Below are positions 33,596 to 37,197 of a stretch of 37,197 nt of DNA, in pieces. How positions within the stretch are numbered: the first letter of the stretch is position 1; each line of letters opens with the position of its first letter. This DNA comes from a virus. Its lineage: Duplodnaviria; Caudoviricetes. Under the pieces are notes generated by a model. It did no database searches, was not told where the DNA came from, and saw nothing but the letters and a program-made list of their open reading frames with translations. The DNA lies in IMG/VR virus record IMGVR_UViG_3300048609_000006, positions 1 to 37,197 of that record; one strand, 5' to 3'. A program made the translations under genes and the position numbers.

Positions 33596-34836
33596 TTAGT
33601 TGGTTCACCCCCTTTCGATGGATCTTGAATCGCTACTGGCGTATCAGCAGGGACCATATTCACAGGTCGCCACGTCTTGGCTAACTGTTCTGGTGTGAGT
33701 GGGTTCATATTTTCCATTGCTCTCCACTCATCCGCCGTGATAATGCCGTCCAATCTAGCGATATGGAGGGCTTCAAATCGACTTTTGATATCGCCCCTGA
33801 GCAATCCTTCCAACGAAAATTCAGCGAACATATATTTCTTTTCTTGTGCGCTAAACAATTTCCAAAGAATCGTTTGCTCAATTCGAACGCCCCAAGGAAT
33901 AATAGAAAACTTTACGAATTCTAGAGATTGATGCTCGATATTGTTGTTGGTGCTTCGTTCCAAATCAGCGAGCATATGCGGTGGCACACGAAAAAAACGA
34001 GCAATCTCAGTTACCTGAAATTTTCTCGTCTCTAAAAACTGCGCCTCGTTTGGTGGGATACCGATTCTTACATACTTCATGCCTTCTTCAAGGATCATTA
34101 ATCGGTGAGCGCGAGATAACCCCGAATAAGTTTCCTCGAATGATCTACGGAGGTTGTCTCTTCCTTCGTCACCGAGTTCGGTAGGATGTTCTAACACTCC
34201 ACTGACATTACCGCCATTGCTAAAGAATCTAGCGCCAAACTCTTCAGCAGCAAGCCCTAGCCCAATTGCTTCACGCGCCATTTGAAGGGGCGAAAATCCA
34301 CATAGACCATTAGAACTTAATCCGTGTACATGAAAGATTTGTTCCTTTTTGATCGGCACCGTCTTTCCTTCCGGCAATGTATACAGATAGATAATTTCTC
34401 CATCCAAACGGTCAACCTTCATATTCTGTGGAAGTAATGGCCATAGCCCCGTGACATCCCCAAAACTATCACTTTCAATCTCCGCATAACAATTTCCATG
34501 GAATAGCAGACCGAACATCATTACTTCCCAAAAGCTAAAGGCTGTCATTTCGGTATTTGGCTGGTTGTGTAGAATGTTATACAGTGGATGTCCTCTAGCT
34601 CTTTTCTTGCCATCTTCGCCGACTCTGATATATACATGGAGCGGAATAGATGCAATCGTTTCTGCCAGTATTCTTACCGCCGCATATACAGCCGTGTAGG
34701 TCAAGGCTGATTCCTCAGTGACTTGCTTTCCGGTGTAAGACTGACCGCCGAAAAACATATTCATCATTGACCTGCCCCAACTAGTCTTTGCTGGTTCGAC
34801 CACTCGCTTCGCGACTATTGGTCCAAAAAAACTCAA
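33592..34836 (-). CDS. Portal protein, HK97 family
   Basis: 'AVYAAVRILAETIASIPL', 'EAQFLETRKFQVTEIARFFRVPPH' and 'GLLRGD'. Confidence 0.96.
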   Translation of the reverse strand: MSFFGPIVAKRVVEPAKTSWGRSMMNMFFGGQSYTGKQVTEESALTYTAVYAAVRILAETIASIPLHVYIRVGEDGKKRARGHPLYNILHNQPNTEMTAFSFWEVMMFGLLFHGNCYAEIESDSFGDVTGLWPLLPQNMKVDRLDGEIIYLYTLPEGKTVPIKKEQIFHVHGLSSNGLCGFSPLQMAREAIGLGLAAEEFGARFFSNGGNVSGVLEHPTELGDEGRDNLRRSFEETYSGLSRAHRLMILEEGMKYVRIGIPPNEAQFLETRKFQVTEIARFFRVPPHMLADLERSTNNNIEHQSLEFVKFSIIPWGVRIEQTILWKLFSAQEKKYMFAEFSLEGLLRGDIKSRFEALHIARLDGIITADEWRAMENMNPLTPEQLAKTWRPVNMVPADTPVAIQDPSKGGEPTK

Positions 34837-34837
34837 T

Positions 34838-34990
34838 TCACTTCACCTCCCTCCTCAACCCCACTATCCCAACGGCAATCAGGGTTGCGGATAACGTAAA
34901 CATCCCAGCCAATGGATGAATGGTCCAGCACGAATATACGAATAGAGCCAGTCCGATAAATATCAATCCGTCTGGTATAGGTAGTTTCAT
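34838..34990 (-). CDS. Small two-helix membrane protein (50 aa) between TerL and portal
   Basis: MKLPIPDGLIFIGLALFVYSCWTIHPLAGMFTLSATLIAVGIVGLRREVK. ATGA overlap with the TerL stop, GAGGAG RBS. Confidence 0.7.
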   Translation of the reverse strand: MKLPIPDGLIFIGLALFVYSCWTIHPLAGMFTLSATLIAVGIVGLRREVK

Positions 34991-36729
34991 ATGCTTGTAG
35001 CTCCTCTCGTTTGATAGATCGAAGGTTTCTTTGTTTGGTGGTCTATAATTCTTCGCAAGGCATTAATGCAAGCCGCTATACCATCAATGCGGTTAGTGGA
35101 CTTGCTTTTGTCTGGCATAATGTTCGTGTTGGTATCAACTTTAGCCACAACAGCATCAGCCATCCACCTAAGAACAGGATTTCCGCCGTGAATAAATCTC
35201 GTCTCTAACACTAGCCGCTCCAATTCTTTCATAGGCTCGGACAATGTTTTAAAGCCTTGCCGAGCCGGGATCATCGTAAATCCTTCTGCCGAAAGTTCTA
35301 AAGCTATTTGGGTTGCATTCCATTCGTCAAACGCAATTTCTAAAATCTTGTATTCTTTGCCAAGGTTAATAATTGTTTCTTTGATATAGCTATAATCAAT
35401 TGTGTTGCCCGGCGTTGTTTGGATGACTCCTTTATTAACCCAGTGTCGATATTGGAACTTATCCCGATCTTCCCGTTCCTGTAAATCATCTTCAGGTATC
35501 CAGAAGTAAGGAATAATGATGTAATCCCCATTCTTTTCATCAGGCGGAAAGATCAGTGCGAGTGCTGTGATATCCGTTTTTGACGATAGATCAAGACCTG
35601 CGTAACACTTGCGACCTTTGAGAGATTCTAATAACTCAGGCGTATGTTCTTTCTTGCAAGCATCCCATTTAGATAATGGCATCCATTTAACCGATGCATT
35701 GGTCCAAACGTTCAAGTCTTTTGTTAGGAATTCAACAAAAGCAGTCGGCATCTGTTTAGCCTTGGCTGCTTGTTTGGTCATGTATTCGAGGTTTTTAGAA
35801 ACGCCTAGGTTCGGATTTGCTTTCATCCATGTGTTGATATCGTAAACATCGTCGCCCTCATCAACAGTTGCAATATAGGCGAAGAATGTTTCATCAATGT
35901 GTATCTTTTTCAAAACCTTAAGCGCATAATCCCGAAGTTGGTAACATGGACCGTGTTGATTCGAACCAGCCGTTGTTATTACGAATATCATGGGCTGCTC
36001 GCGAGCTGATGTCCCTGACTCGATAACATGGTAAAGGTTGGCGTTCTTGTGGGCGTGGTATTCATCAATGATTCCGCCGTGTACATTTAGTCCGTCCAAT
36101 GAATTGGAGTCCGCAGCGAGCGGTTCATACTTCGATCCAGTTTCGATTGCGTACATATTATTTTCGTGGATGCGAACAAACTGGGAAAGGTCTGGTGATG
36201 CCCTGACCATTCTTTTCGATTCGTCAAATGTGAGTTTAGCTTGATCTTTTTTAGTTGCACAGGCATAGACTTCAGCGCCATATTCATCATCGCCTATAAA
36301 AAGATAATCGCCCACACCTGAGGCTAGTGTCGTTTTCCCATTCTTTCTCGGTATTTCGTCATAAGCAGTTCGGAATCTCCTCAGTTGAGTAGTTTTATGG
36401 AGCCACCCAAACAGCGAGCCAACTATAAACTTTTGCCAAGGTTCCAAGATAAAGGACTGCCTTGCCCATTTTCCTTTGGAATGTTTTAGATAATCGTAGA
36501 ATCTGATAGCGTGATCGGCTGCTAAATCATCAAAATAGTATTCAAACGTAGTTACATTTAACTTTGAATCTCGTAGGTTTTCAATATGTCTTTGACACGC
36601 CAACTGAACTGGTTCTCCTGCAATAATCTCTCCAGATACAACCTTTTCTGCGTAATCAAGAACTGGACATATCGCGTTTTCTTCTTCCTCCAAGGTATTC
36701 AGAAAAACCACCCTTTCCAGACTGACCAC
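34987..36729 (-). CDS. terL: Terminase large subunit (Terminase_1 family)
   Basis: Walker A 'IPRKNGKT', Walker B 'IIDEYH', 'ITTAG', nuclease 'GLDLS' and 'RIDG'. Exact start uncertain. Confidence 0.96.
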   Translation of the reverse strand: MVSLERVVFLNTLEEEENAICPVLDYAEKVVSGEIIAGEPVQLACQRHIENLRDSKLNVTTFEYYFDDLAADHAIRFYDYLKHSKGKWARQSFILEPWQKFIVGSLFGWLHKTTQLRRFRTAYDEIPRKNGKTTLASGVGDYLFIGDDEYGAEVYACATKKDQAKLTFDESKRMVRASPDLSQFVRIHENNMYAIETGSKYEPLAADSNSLDGLNVHGGIIDEYHAHKNANLYHVIESGTSAREQPMIFVITTAGSNQHGPCYQLRDYALKVLKKIHIDETFFAYIATVDEGDDVYDINTWMKANPNLGVSKNLEYMTKQAAKAKQMPTAFVEFLTKDLNVWTNASVKWMPLSKWDACKKEHTPELLESLKGRKCYAGLDLSSKTDITALALIFPPDEKNGDYIIIPYFWIPEDDLQEREDRDKFQYRHWVNKGVIQTTPGNTIDYSYIKETIINLGKEYKILEIAFDEWNATQIALELSAEGFTMIPARQGFKTLSEPMKELERLVLETRFIHGGNPVLRWMADAVVAKVDTNTNIMPDKSKSTNRIDGIAACINALRRIIDHQTKKPSIYQTRGATSI

Positions 36730-37192
36730 CTAGACCGCCAGCAGGAATAATGTCTGGCGCATTCATTCGTGATCTAGCCGATGGGGTGCAACCAAACTCG
36801 GCAGCAAGCGATTTTAATATGATAGATTCTTTTTGGATGATCTGAATTTCTGGTAGTACCATAAAGTTCTTCGCATCCGCTTTGTTTGTGTGTTCGTAAG
36901 TTAACGACTTGAACTTTTTTAAAGCTTTTTGAGCTTGGACTATCCGAGCGTAACAAAGGCACATTGTCTCAAACAATGGAATGTCTGCGATCGTTAAAAG
37001 ACCCAATCTCATAAGATCGGGTCCAAGCCTTTGCCATTCTTTTTTAGCCACACTATCAAAATATGACGGCGCATTTGGCAATTCTTGAAACTCTGGAGGC
37101 TTCGGTTCATTGCTTGGTGTTCTGTCTTTTCGATTGGTTCCTTGTAAAATTTTTAGTGCTGTTGGTTTGTTGGCGGGACCTCTGCTTCCCAT
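36656..37192 (-). CDS. terS: Terminase small subunit, P27 family
   Basis: 'GPANKPTALKILQG', 'AKKEWQRL' and 'EFGCTPSARSR'. Confidence 0.93.
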   Translation of the reverse strand: MGSRGPANKPTALKILQGTNRKDRTPSNEPKPPEFQELPNAPSYFDSVAKKEWQRLGPDLMRLGLLTIADIPLFETMCLCYARIVQAQKALKKFKSLTYEHTNKADAKNFMVLPEIQIIQKESIILKSLAAEFGCTPSARSRMNAPDIIPAGGLGGQSGKGGFSEYLGGRRKRDMSSS

Positions 37193-37197
37193 AATCA

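Larger units (their letters stand above)
1..37197. mobile_element. Temperate siphophage genome segment (Bacillota host)
   Basis: Contiguous head, tail, lysis, immunity and replication modules. No host housekeeping genes in the window. Confidence 0.95.

Noticed and set aside
1-37197. tRNA, rRNA, introns, inteins or IS elements
   Set aside because: No cloverleaf, transposase or interrupted core gene was recognised by eye. Terminase, portal and capsid have ordinary lengths. tRNAscan and Infernal scans were not run.

Overview
About 37 kb of a temperate HK97-type siphophage of a Bacillota host, most consistent with Paenibacillus or a relative (inferred from protein styles; no database search was run). 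Most genes are on the minus strand. From right to left: packaging and head genes (TerS, TerL, portal, ClpP-type protease, capsid, four extra head-associated genes); neck and tail genes (Ig-tailed major tail protein, frameshifting chaperone, displaced HK97-gp10, tape measure, Dit, SGNH/beta-helix spike, Tal); a secreted-protein moron; holin and amidase; a plus-strand AT-rich accessory/immunity block; cro and early regulators (ORF6N, ParB, DUF3102, ORF6C); a recombination module (Rad50-like ATPase, Bet/RecT, MBL nuclease); and replication genes (initiator with internal iterons, G39P-like loader, DnaB helicase cut by the window edge). No integrase lies between lysis and immunity. The main signals missing from the ORF track are: (1) a complete type II hammerhead ribozyme at 14189-14238 between two small genes of an operon that resembles an anti-defence locus; (2) a LexA-box promoter driving an unannotated 44-aa ORF antisense to the end of a repressor with no visible autocleavage domain, a candidate SOS-inducible antirepressor; (3) palindromes embedded in the coding sequences of ParB, ORF6N and DUF3102; (4) a PRE-like antisense promoter; (5) an internal start in the endolysin; (6) a -1 frameshift in the tail chaperone.
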